Positions 28,156 through 39,184 of a DNA stretch of 64,000 nucleotides are shown in pieces; position 1 is the stretch's first letter; each line of letters begins with the position of its first letter. The notes beneath the pieces were generated by a model, which worked only from the letters and a program-made list of their open reading frames with translations, did not search any database and was not told where the DNA came from. Location of the stretch: assembly GCA_036012755.1 (NCBI GenBank), contig DASCPX010000027.1:256001-320000 (forward strand). The letters are read 5' to 3'. This DNA comes from Myxococcota bacterium. GTDB lineage: Bacteria > Myxococcota_A > UBA796 > CAJQPC01. The position numbers were made by a program, and so were the translations under genes.

Positions 28156-29048
28156 GCCGTCGTGCGGAGCACCGGCATGGGCGCTCCGACGCGGACACAC
28201 TCCCGCACCTGCTCCGTCATCTCGACGCAGCTGAAGCCGTCGTCGAGCGACATCGAGATCTCGAGCGCGTCGGCGATGCGGGCGCTGGCCTCCGTCTCGC
28301 GCTCGTTGCCGAAGAGCCTCACCAGCCAGCCGATGGCGTCTTCTGGGTTGCGGGTGGGCACGCAGGCGATGACCCGGTGGCCGGACTCGACCGCCTGGAG
28401 CACGCAGGCCGCGACCTCCGGCTCCGGGACGTCCCCGACCGCGATGAGGTCCGGGTCGTGCCGCATCGCCGTGCGGATGCCGACGCACCAGCTCGCGGTG
28501 TCGATGCCGACCTCGCGCTGGCTGATGGCGGCGCGGCGGTCCGCGTGCAGGTACTCGAGGCTGTCCTCGAGCACGACGACGTGGCTGCCCTCGGTGGTGT
28601 TGAGGATGTCCACGATGCCGTTGAGGAGCTCCCGACGCCGGGTCCCACAGAGCAGGGTCAGGCCAGGGCGTTTCGGGATCTCCCCGTACTCGGCTGGCAC
28701 GCCGAGCCCCACGAGGGTGGGCACCTCTGTGGCCATGCGGTGTACGACCACGCCGAGCGAGCCGCGCTGCCGGAAGAGCGAGACGCGGAAGCGCCCGACG
28801 CCGCGCAAGCCAAAGGCGAACTCGTGCTCCTGACACCGGACGAGCGGAAACTCGACGCCAGCGAGCGCCATGAGCGCCTGGACGGCGGCCTTGGTGTCGC
28901 AGGGCGCGAGCTTCTGCCCAGCCACCGCCACCAGCTCGCCCTCGACGCGCATGCTCGGTCGAGCTGGCACCTTGAGGTGGACATCCGTGGCATCACAGTC
29001 GCGCGCCTGCTTGAGCAGGCGAAGCATGGCGTCTCGGTCGTACCGCAT
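28149..29048 (-). CDS. PilT/PilU-family protein with degenerate ATPase motifs
   Basis: ATDVHL, GRFRVSLFRQRG, LED.LEY, ISQREVGIDT, AMRHDPD; Walker A absent. Confidence 0.85.
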   Translation of the reverse strand: MRYDRDAMLRLLKQARDCDATDVHLKVPARPSMRVEGELVAVAGQKLAPCDTKAAVQALMALAGVEFPLVRCQEHEFAFGLRGVGRFRVSLFRQRGSLGVVVHRMATEVPTLVGLGVPAEYGEIPKRPGLTLLCGTRRRELLNGIVDILNTTEGSHVVVLEDSLEYLHADRRAAISQREVGIDTASWCVGIRTAMRHDPDLIAVGDVPEPEVAACVLQAVESGHRVIACVPTRNPEDAIGWLVRLFGNERETEASARIADALEISMSLDDGFSCVEMTEQVRECVRVGAPMPVLRTTAY

Positions 29049-29090
29049 GAATCGCTCCTGCGTTGCTCTTCGGACCAGCGCTCGGTTCGC

Positions 29091-30578
29091 TTAGCGCAGC
29101 GCGACCAGGCGGCGTCCGTCGACGGGGCCCTCCAGTAGGAGCTCCTCTCCGCTCAGCAAGGTGACGACTACCCGATCGATGGCGCTGGAGCCCCCCAGGC
29201 CGAAGTGGAGCGGCCGAAGGTGAGAGGCCTGGTAGCCCGGATCGCCGTCCATCCAGCGGGTCTGGACCACACCCCCGGCGTGGATCTCGACCCTGGCGTG
29301 CCGAGGCACGTCGATCTCCACCCAGCCCTGCTCCGTGCAGCCTCGTGAGAGGTAGAAGAGCAGCCGCTGTTCGATGTCGCTGGCCAGGATGTCGAGGACG
29401 CCGTCGCCGTTGAAGTCCTCTGCGAGGACGACCCGGTGGGAGCCCGTCTCCGGGAGACCGAGCCCGGGTCCGACGTCCTCGAAGCCCGAGGTGGTCCAGG
29501 ACAGCAGGTCCACCGCCGCCTCGTAGTGGGGCAGCCCGTCCTCCTCCGTCCAGAGGTCTCCCTCCGCGACCAGGAGGTCGACGTCGCCGTCGTTGTCGTG
29601 GTCCAGCCAGGCGCTTCCCCAGGCCATCGAGTGGTCCTCGACCGAGTCTGCGCCGGTCGCTGCGGTCACGTCGACAAAGCCCGCCCCCTGTCCCCTGAGC
29701 AACACGGAGCTGCCTGACGCAGCCACGTAGAGGTCTCGCTGGCCGTCCGCGTCGTAGTCGGCCTCTGAGACGCCCATCGCCGCGATGCCGATGTCGCAGT
29801 CGCAGGCCTCCGAGCCGTCCACGAGCGTGCCATCGCGGTTCTCCCAGAGCACGTTGGGGCCAGGCTGCAGGCCGTGGTCGTTGACCACGTAGACGTCGAG
29901 ATCCCCGTCGCCGTCCTGGTCGAGCACGTGGACGTCGAAGGCCGATCGCTGGGCCAGGTCCGGCTCCAGGGTCTCGAAGACCCAGGTGCTGCCGTCGAAG
30001 CGGCCCAGCCTGTCCGTGCGAGAGCTCGGATCCGGCGACGTCACCGCGGCGAAGATCTCCGGCACGCCGTCGCCCTCGAGGTCGACCAGGGCCAGCTCAC
30101 GGGCCAGGGCGCTGGTGTCCCCCAGGTCGATGTCCTCGCGAGTGAAGGTGCCACCCTCGTTCCACCCGATCCACAGGAAGGAGCCGGCCCCGAGCAGGTC
30201 GATGTCACCGTCCAGATCGACGTCACCGAGGTAGAGCGTTTCGCCGGCGTCGTGGAGGATCTGCGCTTGTTCGTGGAAGCCCTCGCCGTCGCCTCGGTGA
30301 AGGTAGAGCGGCTCGCCCAGGAAGCCACGGACCAGGTCTGCGTACCCGTCGCCGTCGAGGTCGGCGATGGCCATGCTGCCCCCGTCGAGGTGCTCGACGC
30401 CAGCAGTCACGGCACCCTCGAAGCCGTACTCTCCGCCGAGCTCGTCGTAGCCGAGGGCGACCGGATCGGGGCAGGACTGGACCTCTCCGAGCTCGAAGCG
30501 CTCGTTGTCGTTGTCCTCTGGCTCCTTGTCCGGGGGCACGGCGTACGGGGGAGGCGCGCATGCCAGGAGGACGATCAC
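29091..30578 (-). CDS. FG-GAP/CRTAC1-like beta-propeller lipoprotein with an ASPIC/UnbV-like C-terminus
   Basis: About 7 DxDxDG.xD repeats (DLDGDGYAD, DVDLDGDID, DQDGDGDLD, DHDNDGDVD, DFNGDGVLD); GYQAS...LHFGLG. Confidence 0.85.
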   Translation of the reverse strand: MIVLLACAPPPYAVPPDKEPEDNDNERFELGEVQSCPDPVALGYDELGGEYGFEGAVTAGVEHLDGGSMAIADLDGDGYADLVRGFLGEPLYLHRGDGEGFHEQAQILHDAGETLYLGDVDLDGDIDLLGAGSFLWIGWNEGGTFTREDIDLGDTSALARELALVDLEGDGVPEIFAAVTSPDPSSRTDRLGRFDGSTWVFETLEPDLAQRSAFDVHVLDQDGDGDLDVYVVNDHGLQPGPNVLWENRDGTLVDGSEACDCDIGIAAMGVSEADYDADGQRDLYVAASGSSVLLRGQGAGFVDVTAATGADSVEDHSMAWGSAWLDHDNDGDVDLLVAEGDLWTEEDGLPHYEAAVDLLSWTTSGFEDVGPGLGLPETGSHRVVLAEDFNGDGVLDILASDIEQRLLFYLSRGCTEQGWVEIDVPRHARVEIHAGGVVQTRWMDGDPGYQASHLRPLHFGLGGSSAIDRVVVTLLSGEELLLEGPVDGRRLVALR

Positions 30579-32062
30579 CGCTTCCGGTTCCTCTTCCGAG
30601 CCTTTCGAGCAGCCTTCTTCTTGTCCCGCTTCGCCTTCTTCTCCGTCGCGGTCAGCTGGCGGGGTGCGTTCGGAGGAGGTCCGCCCGGTCCCATCTGGCC
30701 CATCGCCATCGCTCCTTGCATGTTCCCCATCATGCCCGTCGACGCGCCGATGTTCTTCATGACCTCGCGCGACTGGAGGAAGCGCTCGTAGAGCTCGCGG
30801 ATGTCCTTGGTCTCTCTTCCGCAGCCGCGGGCGATGCGCTCGAAGCGCCCCTTCTCCGTGAGGCAGTCGGGGTACTCCCGTTCCTGGCGGGTCATGGAGT
30901 GGATGACCGCCTTGACCTTCACGATCTCGCGATCGTCCAGCGCGTCCTCGGGGATCATGCCCTTCATCTCGTCGAAGAAGGGCAGACGCTCGAACAGGGA
31001 CTTCAGGGAGCCCATCTTCTGGATCGTCTCCAGCTGCTTGAGGAAGTCGTCGAAGGTGAAGTCCCCCTTGAGCATCTTCTTGGCGTCTGCTTCCGCCTCT
31101 TCCTTGTCGATGTGCTTCTCGAAGTCCTGGACCAGGCCGACGACGTCACCGAAGCCGAGGATGCGGTCGGCGAGGCCCTGGGGTCGGAACTCCTCCAGCT
31201 CGCCGAGGCCTTCGCCCATGCCGAGGAACTTGATCGGCTTGCCCGTGACCTCCTTGATCGACAGCGCGGCACCACCGCGGGCGTCGCCGTCGAGCTTCGT
31301 CAGCACGAAGCCGGAGAAGTCGAGCTTCTTGTCGAACTCGGCAGCTGTCCTGACCGAGTCCTGGCCGATCATCGCGTCGCAGACGAAGAGCACGTTGTCG
31401 GGCTTGGTCGTCTCCTTGATGTCGACCAGCTCCTGCATGAGCTTGTTGTCGATCGCGAGGCGGCCCGCGGTGTCGAAGATCACCACGTCCCTGCCGACAT
31501 TCCGAGCCTGGCTGACGGCGAGCTGGCAGAGCTTGACCGGGCCCATGCCCTTGATGCTGAAGACCGGCACCCCGAGCTTGCGACCGAGGGTCATGAGCTG
31601 GTCCACCGCCGCCGGGCGGTAGATGTCCGCGGCGACGAGCAGCGGCTTCCGGCCCTGCCCGACGAGCATCCGGGCCAGCTTGCCGGCGGTGGTGGTCTTT
31701 CCCGAGCCCTGGAGGCCGACCATCATGATGATCGCTGGCTTCTTCGAGAGCTCCAGCGTCGTGTCCACCGGCCCCATCAGCGCCTGAAGCTCGTCGTGGC
31801 AGATCTTCACGAACCAGTCGCCCGGGCTGAGTCGGGCACCACCCGGTCCCTTCTTCTTGCCCTTGATGGGAACGACCTCGCCCAGGGCCCGCTCCCCGAC
31901 GCGAGAGAGGAAGGACTTCACCACCCCCAGCTCCACGTCGGCCTCGAGCAAGCTCACGCGGACGTCGCGCAGGGCGTCGGCGATGTTGTCCTCGCTCAGC
32001 TGGGCTTTGCCCTGCAGCTTGAGCTTGGCGTTGCGGAAGCCCTGGGAGAGGGTCTCGAGCAT
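30575..32062 (-). CDS. ffh: Signal recognition particle protein Ffh
   Basis: LLEADV, GLQGSGKTTT.GKLA, DIYRPAA, DTAGRL, TKLDGDARGGAALS, Met-rich M domain. Confidence 0.97.
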   Translation of the reverse strand: MLETLSQGFRNAKLKLQGKAQLSEDNIADALRDVRVSLLEADVELGVVKSFLSRVGERALGEVVPIKGKKKGPGGARLSPGDWFVKICHDELQALMGPVDTTLELSKKPAIIMMVGLQGSGKTTTAGKLARMLVGQGRKPLLVAADIYRPAAVDQLMTLGRKLGVPVFSIKGMGPVKLCQLAVSQARNVGRDVVIFDTAGRLAIDNKLMQELVDIKETTKPDNVLFVCDAMIGQDSVRTAAEFDKKLDFSGFVLTKLDGDARGGAALSIKEVTGKPIKFLGMGEGLGELEEFRPQGLADRILGFGDVVGLVQDFEKHIDKEEAEADAKKMLKGDFTFDDFLKQLETIQKMGSLKSLFERLPFFDEMKGMIPEDALDDREIVKVKAVIHSMTRQEREYPDCLTEKGRFERIARGCGRETKDIRELYERFLQSREVMKNIGASTGMMGNMQGAMAMGQMGPGGPPPNAPRQLTATEKKAKRDKKKAARKARKRNRKR

Positions 32063-32080
32063 CTGAATCGGCCTCTTGGG

Positions 32081-32584
32081 TCAGTCCTCTCGTCTAACCC
32101 GGGCAAGGGACTTCGCCGGCCAGGACAGGCGCGGGTCGAGCTCCAGGGCACGCTCCCAGGCGAGCGCGGCCTGGTCCAGACGCCCCAGGCTCTCCAGCGC
32201 ATTGCCGCGGCCGTTGTGGGCCAGGCCCAGGCTCGGGACCCGCGCGATGGCCTCGTCGTAGGCAGCCAGGGCACCCCCCGGGTCTCCGCTGAGCTGGAGC
32301 GCGTCGCCGCGACCATGCCATGGCCAGGCCTCGGAGGGACTGGCCCGCGCCGCCTTGTCGAAGTGGAACAGGGCCTCGCCGAACTGACCGGTCTCCACGG
32401 CGCGTCGGCCCGCCGCGAGGTCGGCGGCGTAGCTGGACGTCGAAGGCCCCGGACCACCTTTGTTCCGACCGGTCAGCGCGTGGAGCTGGTCCTCGTCCGG
32501 ACGACCCAGCAAGCGCCCACCCATGCGCAACAGCAGCGTCAGCGGGCGGTCCAGCCGACGGGCCCACTCGGATCTACGTGTCAT
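32081..32584 (-). CDS. TPR protein
   Basis: Three TPRs (PWHGRGDAL, AHNGRGNAL, WERALELDP); ATG at 32584 chosen. Confidence 0.75.
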   Translation of the reverse strand: MTRRSEWARRLDRPLTLLLRMGGRLLGRPDEDQLHALTGRNKGGPGPSTSSYAADLAAGRRAVETGQFGEALFHFDKAARASPSEAWPWHGRGDALQLSGDPGGALAAYDEAIARVPSLGLAHNGRGNALESLGRLDQAALAWERALELDPRLSWPAKSLARVRRED

Positions 32585-32654
32585 ACCTGTGTCCGATCCT
32601 TGACGGCCGGAGGATGCTGGGTCAATTTGCCCTCCCTGGCTGCGCGGAGGAGAC

Positions 32655-33644
32655 ATGCTCCTGGCTTGGCTCGCAGCTCTCGGCTGCACCGAGTACGACG
32701 TCATCGTCCACGACGGTGCGGACATCTTCTACCAGGACCCCGCGAGCGCGGTGGACATCCTGATGATCGTCGACGACAGCTGCTCGATGGGTCCCTACCA
32801 GAACGAGCTCTCGACGAACTTCGCCGAGTTCATCTCCTTCTTCGTAGACGCGAACATCGACTACCACATCGGCGTGGTGACGACGGACGTCTACGCGGAG
32901 ACTGGCGGGCGCATCACCGACGGCACGGTCATCACGAACGACACCCCGGACGGCGAGGCGATCTTCCAGGATCTGGTCCGCGTCGGAACAGAGGGCAGCG
33001 GCACGGAGATGGGCCTCGAAGCGGCATACCTGGCGCTCACGGAGCCCCGCATCTCCACGAGCAACGCGGGCTTCCTGCGCGAGGAGGCCAGCCTGTCGCT
33101 GATCTTCGTCTCGGACGAGGAAGACAGCTCTCCCCTGCCCACCTACGAGTACGTGCGCACCTTCAACGACATCAAGGGCGCGCGCCAGCGGGACATCTTC
33201 AACGCCTCCGCGCTGGTGGTGACCGACCTCGGCGACTGCGGCTTCGGCCAGTCCAGTGGCTCCTCCGAGGGCGACCGGTACATCGACGTCGCCGGCATGA
33301 CGACCGGCGTCATCGGGAACATCTGCGCCGAGTCCTTCGCGGACATCGTCACGCAGCTCTCGCTGAACGCCTCGCGCCTCCGGGACACCTTCTACCTGGC
33401 ATCGGAGCCGACGGCCTCGACCATCGAGGTGAGCGTCGACGGCGTGTTGCTCGACTGCAACGACGGGGGCTTCAACTACGAGCGCGTGATCGACGAGGAG
33501 GGCGTCGAGCGGCCGGCGATCGTCTTCGAGCGGGACTGGATTCCTGCGCCCAGCTCACAGATCGCCATCCGCTACGACTACGGCGGGGGCGACATCGATG
33601 GCTTCTGCAGCTCTGAGAGCGCGGCCGACACGGGTGGCACCTGA
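32655..33644 (+). CDS. vWA-domain lipoprotein
   Basis: GGAGGAG SD; LGC lipobox; VDILMIVDDSCSM (MIDAS DxSxS), IGVVTTD, GSGTEMGLEA, FVSDEED. Confidence 0.85.
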   Translation: MLLAWLAALGCTEYDVIVHDGADIFYQDPASAVDILMIVDDSCSMGPYQNELSTNFAEFISFFVDANIDYHIGVVTTDVYAETGGRITDGTVITNDTPDGEAIFQDLVRVGTEGSGTEMGLEAAYLALTEPRISTSNAGFLREEASLSLIFVSDEEDSSPLPTYEYVRTFNDIKGARQRDIFNASALVVTDLGDCGFGQSSGSSEGDRYIDVAGMTTGVIGNICAESFADIVTQLSLNASRLRDTFYLASEPTASTIEVSVDGVLLDCNDGGFNYERVIDEEGVERPAIVFERDWIPAPSSQIAIRYDYGGGDIDGFCSSESAADTGGT

Positions 33645-34324
33645 TGCTGCTCCTCATCGCAGCCCTGGGCTGCAACGCCGGCAAGACGCAGTGCGTCGAC
33701 AACGGTCAGTGCAGCGATGGCCAGGCCTGCGTCGCAGAGGTCTGCGAGGACGTCGATTGCCTGGCCTCGGCCGACTGCGAAATCGGGCAGTACTGCAACG
33801 CCGGCTACGCTTGCAAGGACGGCTGCAAGGGCGACGACGACTGCCTCGCGGGGCAGATCTGCGACACGGCGATTCGCCAGTGCATCGAGGCGGGCTGCGA
33901 GTCCACAGAGCTGGACTGCTGGGTCGGTCAGATCTGTGACCAGGTCACCGGCACCTGCAACGACGACGACGCGACCTGTTCGGAGACCTGCCACGTCTAC
34001 ACAGACACCAACTGCGGTGGCAGCGCAAGCTGCTTCATGTCCAACTTCGGCGACGAGTGCTCTCAGAACTCCGACTGCCCCAGCGGCAGCACCTGTGACG
34101 GCTTCGTCGTGAGCGACGACTTCTGCACCCGCCACCAGGACTGCCCAGCGGGCGCCTACTGCTCGGCCTACCAGTGCCTGCAGGACCTGTGCCACGCCGA
34201 CTACTGCTACAACAGCTGCCAGAGTCAGGCCGACTGTCCCGCCGGCTTCAGCTGCCTGGACTCGGGGATCGGCAAGGTCTGCTACGGGGACTGTGCCTAC
34301 TTCAAGCAGAACGGGTACCTGTAG
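33644..34324 (+). CDS. Cysteine-rich repeat lipoprotein
   Basis: TGATG coupling; MLLLIAALGC; 35 Cys, many in Cx5Cx5C units. Confidence 0.85.
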   Translation: MLLLIAALGCNAGKTQCVDNGQCSDGQACVAEVCEDVDCLASADCEIGQYCNAGYACKDGCKGDDDCLAGQICDTAIRQCIEAGCESTELDCWVGQICDQVTGTCNDDDATCSETCHVYTDTNCGGSASCFMSNFGDECSQNSDCPSGSTCDGFVVSDDFCTRHQDCPAGAYCSAYQCLQDLCHADYCYNSCQSQADCPAGFSCLDSGIGKVCYGDCAYFKQNGYL

Positions 34325-34360
34325 CCGGACATCTGTGATCCCAGATCACAACTGACGGGC

Positions 34361-34807
34361 TCAGCGGGTGCCGGTGCTCCCGAAGCCGCCACCACCCCGC
34401 TGTGTCGCGTCCAGGTCCTCGACCTCGACGACGGTCGCCTGAACGACCGGAGCGATCACCAGCTGGGCGATGCGCTCTCCACGCTCGATCAGGATCCTGT
34501 CCGTGCCGTGGTTGATCAGCAGGACCTTGAGCTCGCCCCGGTAGTCACTGTCGATCGTGCCGGGGGCGTTGATCACAGCCAGCCCCTTGCGGAACGCCAG
34601 GCCAGAGCGCGCACGCACCTGTCCCTCGAAACCCCCTGAGATGGCGATGCGCATGCCCGTCGGCACCGCCTGGCGCTCCCCGGGCTCGAGCACGAGCGGC
34701 TCGAGCACAGCCGCGCGGAGGTCCATCCCCGCCGAGCCGTCGGTCTGGTAGCCGGGGAGCTCGAGTCCGTGTCCATGGGCGAGTCGCGCGAATCGGATGG
34801 TTGCCAT
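34361..34807 (-). CDS. dut: dUTP diphosphatase
   Basis: [39 protein letters not shown]. Confidence 0.97.
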   Translation of the reverse strand: MATIRFARLAHGHGLELPGYQTDGSAGMDLRAAVLEPLVLEPGERQAVPTGMRIAISGGFEGQVRARSGLAFRKGLAVINAPGTIDSDYRGELKVLLINHGTDRILIERGERIAQLVIAPVVQATVVEVEDLDATQRGGGGFGSTGTR

Positions 34808-34855
34808 GGGCTCTGCTATCGCGCCGATCACTCCGCCTGGGTTCCCAGCGACGAC

Positions 34856-34888
34856 GAGAAAAGCCCGGAGCCGTGGCCCCGGGCTTCT
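34856..34888 (-). terminator. Intrinsic terminator after pnp
   Basis: Minus strand AGAAGCCCGGGGCC-AC-GGCTCCGGGCTTTTCTC. Confidence 0.75.
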
Positions 34889-34904
34889 GCGCTACAGCGT
34901 CGAT

Positions 34905-37016
<2,112 letters not shown>

Positions 37017-37060
37017 GGGTGTTCCTTTGCTGCCCTCATTCGGGCGTTTTGCTTCGGACC

Positions 37061-37130
37061 CCTGCGCCACCCCGTAGACCTTCTCGGAGTGAGCGAGGAT
37101 CGCTCAGTCCGCGGAGATCGACGGTGCAGG
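37061..37130 (-). promoter_or_regulatory. Long irregular stem-loop in the pnp leader (candidate RNase III site)
   Basis: Nested pairs CCUGC/GCAGG, CCGU/ACGG, GAUCU/AGGUC, CGGA/UCCG, UGAGCGA/UCGCUCA. Confidence 0.55.
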
Positions 37131-37177
37131 CGCCCGTCGCGCGTTTGAAAACGGAGTTGAGTAAAGAACGATTGGCT

Positions 37178-37211
37178 AAACGCCAGAAGGGCCAAGGCAA
37201 GAGCCCGGCCC
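37178..37211 (-). terminator. Possible terminator or hairpin after rpsO
   Basis: GGGCCGGGC-UCUU-GCCUUGGCCC followed by UUCUGGCGUUU (weak U tract). Confidence 0.4.
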
Positions 37212-37225
37212 ATCTTTTCGGAGGC

Positions 37226-37495
37226 TCAGCGACGGAGCCCCAGGGACTTGATGAGCGTCTTGTAGCGACCCTCGTCATTGGACTTCAGGTAGCGAAGGAG
37301 ACGGCGCCGCTGGCCGACCAGCTTCAGGAGACCACGACGTGAGTGGTGGTCCTTGTGGTGGGTCCGGAAGTGCTCGGTGAGCTGCGTGATGCGTGTCGTG
37401 AGGAGCGCGACCTGGACCTCCGGCGAACCGGTGTCGCCTTCGTGGGTCGCGTACTCTTCGATGATGGTCGCCTTCTCGCTGCGATGCAGGGCCAT
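37226..37495 (-). CDS. rpsO: 30S ribosomal protein S15
   Basis: [19 protein letters not shown]...[23 protein letters not shown]. Confidence 0.98.
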   Translation of the reverse strand: MALHRSEKATIIEEYATHEGDTGSPEVQVALLTTRITQLTEHFRTHHKDHHSRRGLLKLVGQRRRLLRYLKSNDEGRYKTLIKSLGLRR

Positions 37496-37594
37496 GTCTT
37501 TGTCCAGTGGCCATGTCTCAGGCCGTCAGTCGGAAGAGTCAGCGTCCCTGGCCATGGCGCCAGCGGGCCGTCTCGACCGTATCCGCCGCCGCAT

Positions 37595-38702
37595 CTAATC
37601 GGTACTGGCGCGTCGGGCCAGCCAGGCCTCCATGAAGGCGTCGAGATCCCCGTCGAGCACGCGGTCGGTGTTCCCGATCTCGAGGCCGGTCCGGGTGTCC
37701 TTCACCATCCGGTAGGGGTTGAGCACGTAGTTGCGGATCTGCGACCCCCACTCGATCTTCTTCTTCTCGGCGTTGGCGGCGTCGATCTCGGCCTGCCGCA
37801 GCTCGAGAATGTGCTGGTAGATGCGCGAACGCAGCATCTTCAAGGCCGTGGCCTTGTTCTTGTGCTGACTGCGCTCGTTCTGACAGCTGACGACGAGCCC
37901 CGTGGGGTTGTGGGTGATCCGGACCGCGGAGTCCGTCGTGTTGACGTGCTGTCCCCCGGCACCGCTGGCCCTGAAGGTGTCGATGCGCAGGTCGCTGGTC
38001 AGGATCTCCACCTCGATGCTGTCGTCGATGTTCGGGTAGGCCCCGACGCTCGCGAAGGCCGTGTGGCGTCGAGCCGCCGCGTCGAAGGGTGAGATCCTGA
38101 CGAGGCGATGCACGCCGATCTCAGCCTTGAGCCAGCCATAGGCGAAGGGTCCGTCGATCTCGATGGTGCAGTGCTTGATGCCGGCCTCGTCGTGCGCCTG
38201 CTCGTCGACCAGGCGGGTCTTGAAGCCCCTCCGCTCGGCCCAGCGGAGGTACATGCGCTTGAGCATCTCGGCCCAGTCGCTGGCGTCGGTGCCACCCGCC
38301 CCGGAGTTGATCTCCAGGATGGCGGAGGCGTCGTCTCCCTCCTCGCCCAGGAGTCGCTGGACCTCGAGACGCTCGATCCGCCCCTCCAGGGCAAGCAGTC
38401 CCGCCCTGGCCTCGTCGACGAACTCCGCGTCCGGCTCCTCCTCGTTCAGCTCGAGCAGCGTGCTGATCTCCTCGACGGAGTCGGACAGCGCGGTCCACTC
38501 ACGGACGACTTTCTCCAGCGTCGCCTTCTTGCGCAGCACTCCCTGGGCGCGCTTCTGGTCCCCCCAGAACTCGGGGTTCGACGCCTGGTTGTCCAGGTCG
38601 GCGACCTCATCCTGCTTGCCAGCTACGTCAAAGATGCCCCCGAAGCTGCTCGACTCGTTCCGACGCCGCGTTCAGACGGCTCTTGATCTCTTCGGGACCC
38701 AT
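37595..38702 (-). CDS. prfB: Peptide chain release factor 2, with programmed +1 frameshift
   Basis: ATG 38702 MGPEEIKSR...LRGHL then CTT-TGA-C; +1 frame continues DVAGKQ...NPEFWGD...; SPF and GGQ motifs. Confidence 0.96.
38627..38642 (-). promoter_or_regulatory. prfB frameshift cassette
   Basis: CGGGGG-CAT-CTTTGAC: internal SD-like element 3 nt before the slippery CTT TGA C. Confidence 0.93.
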
Positions 38703-38728
38703 GTCGTCCTCCAACGAGGGCCAGATAG

Positions 38729-39184
38729 TCATCTCACGGCCGAGATCAACCCTGCGCCCTTCCACTGTAGGCGGCCGAGCAGCCTCCGCTCGGCCGCCGC
38801 CATCTCCGCGAGGCCCTCGGCGCCGGTCTCGTGGTCGTAGCCGAGGAGATGCAACAGGCCATGCACCAACAGGACCCGCAGCTCGTCGAGGACCTCGTGC
38901 TGGCGCTCGGCGGCCTGGCGGCGGCAGGTGTGGAGCGAGACGACCACGTCGCCGAGCACGCGCTCGTCGTCCATCGGAAAGGACAGGACGTCGGTCGGAG
39001 CGTCATGGCCGCGCCAGCGCGCGTTCAGCTCCCTGATGTGGTCATCCGAGCACAGGACGATCGACAGCTCGCTCTCGGACAGCTCCGCGCAGTCCAACAG
39101 CGCCTGGCCATCCCGCTCGACCAGCTCGACCAGCTCGACGAGTCCTGGTTCGGAGAGGGCGCCCGCGCGGCTCACCAGGACCAC
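38729..39184 (-). CDS. ybeY: rRNA maturation endoribonuclease YbeY
   Basis: LN..WR..D.PTDVLSFP, LGDVVVS, HGLLHLLGYDH. Confidence 0.95.
   Translation of the reverse strand: MVLVSRAGALSEPGLVELVELVERDGQALLDCAELSESELSIVLCSDDHIRELNARWRGHDAPTDVLSFPMDDERVLGDVVVSLHTCRRQAAERQHEVLDELRVLLVHGLLHLLGYDHETGAEGLAEMAAAERRLLGRLQWKGAGLISAVR

Noticed and set aside
34334..34350. TGTGA-N7-TCACA, resembling a CRP/FNR-family site
   Set aside because: Spacing is 7 rather than 6 and it lies between convergent gene ends; more likely a small hairpin
38539..38702. prfB as a frameshifted pseudogene
   Set aside because: It has the canonical programmed frameshift signal
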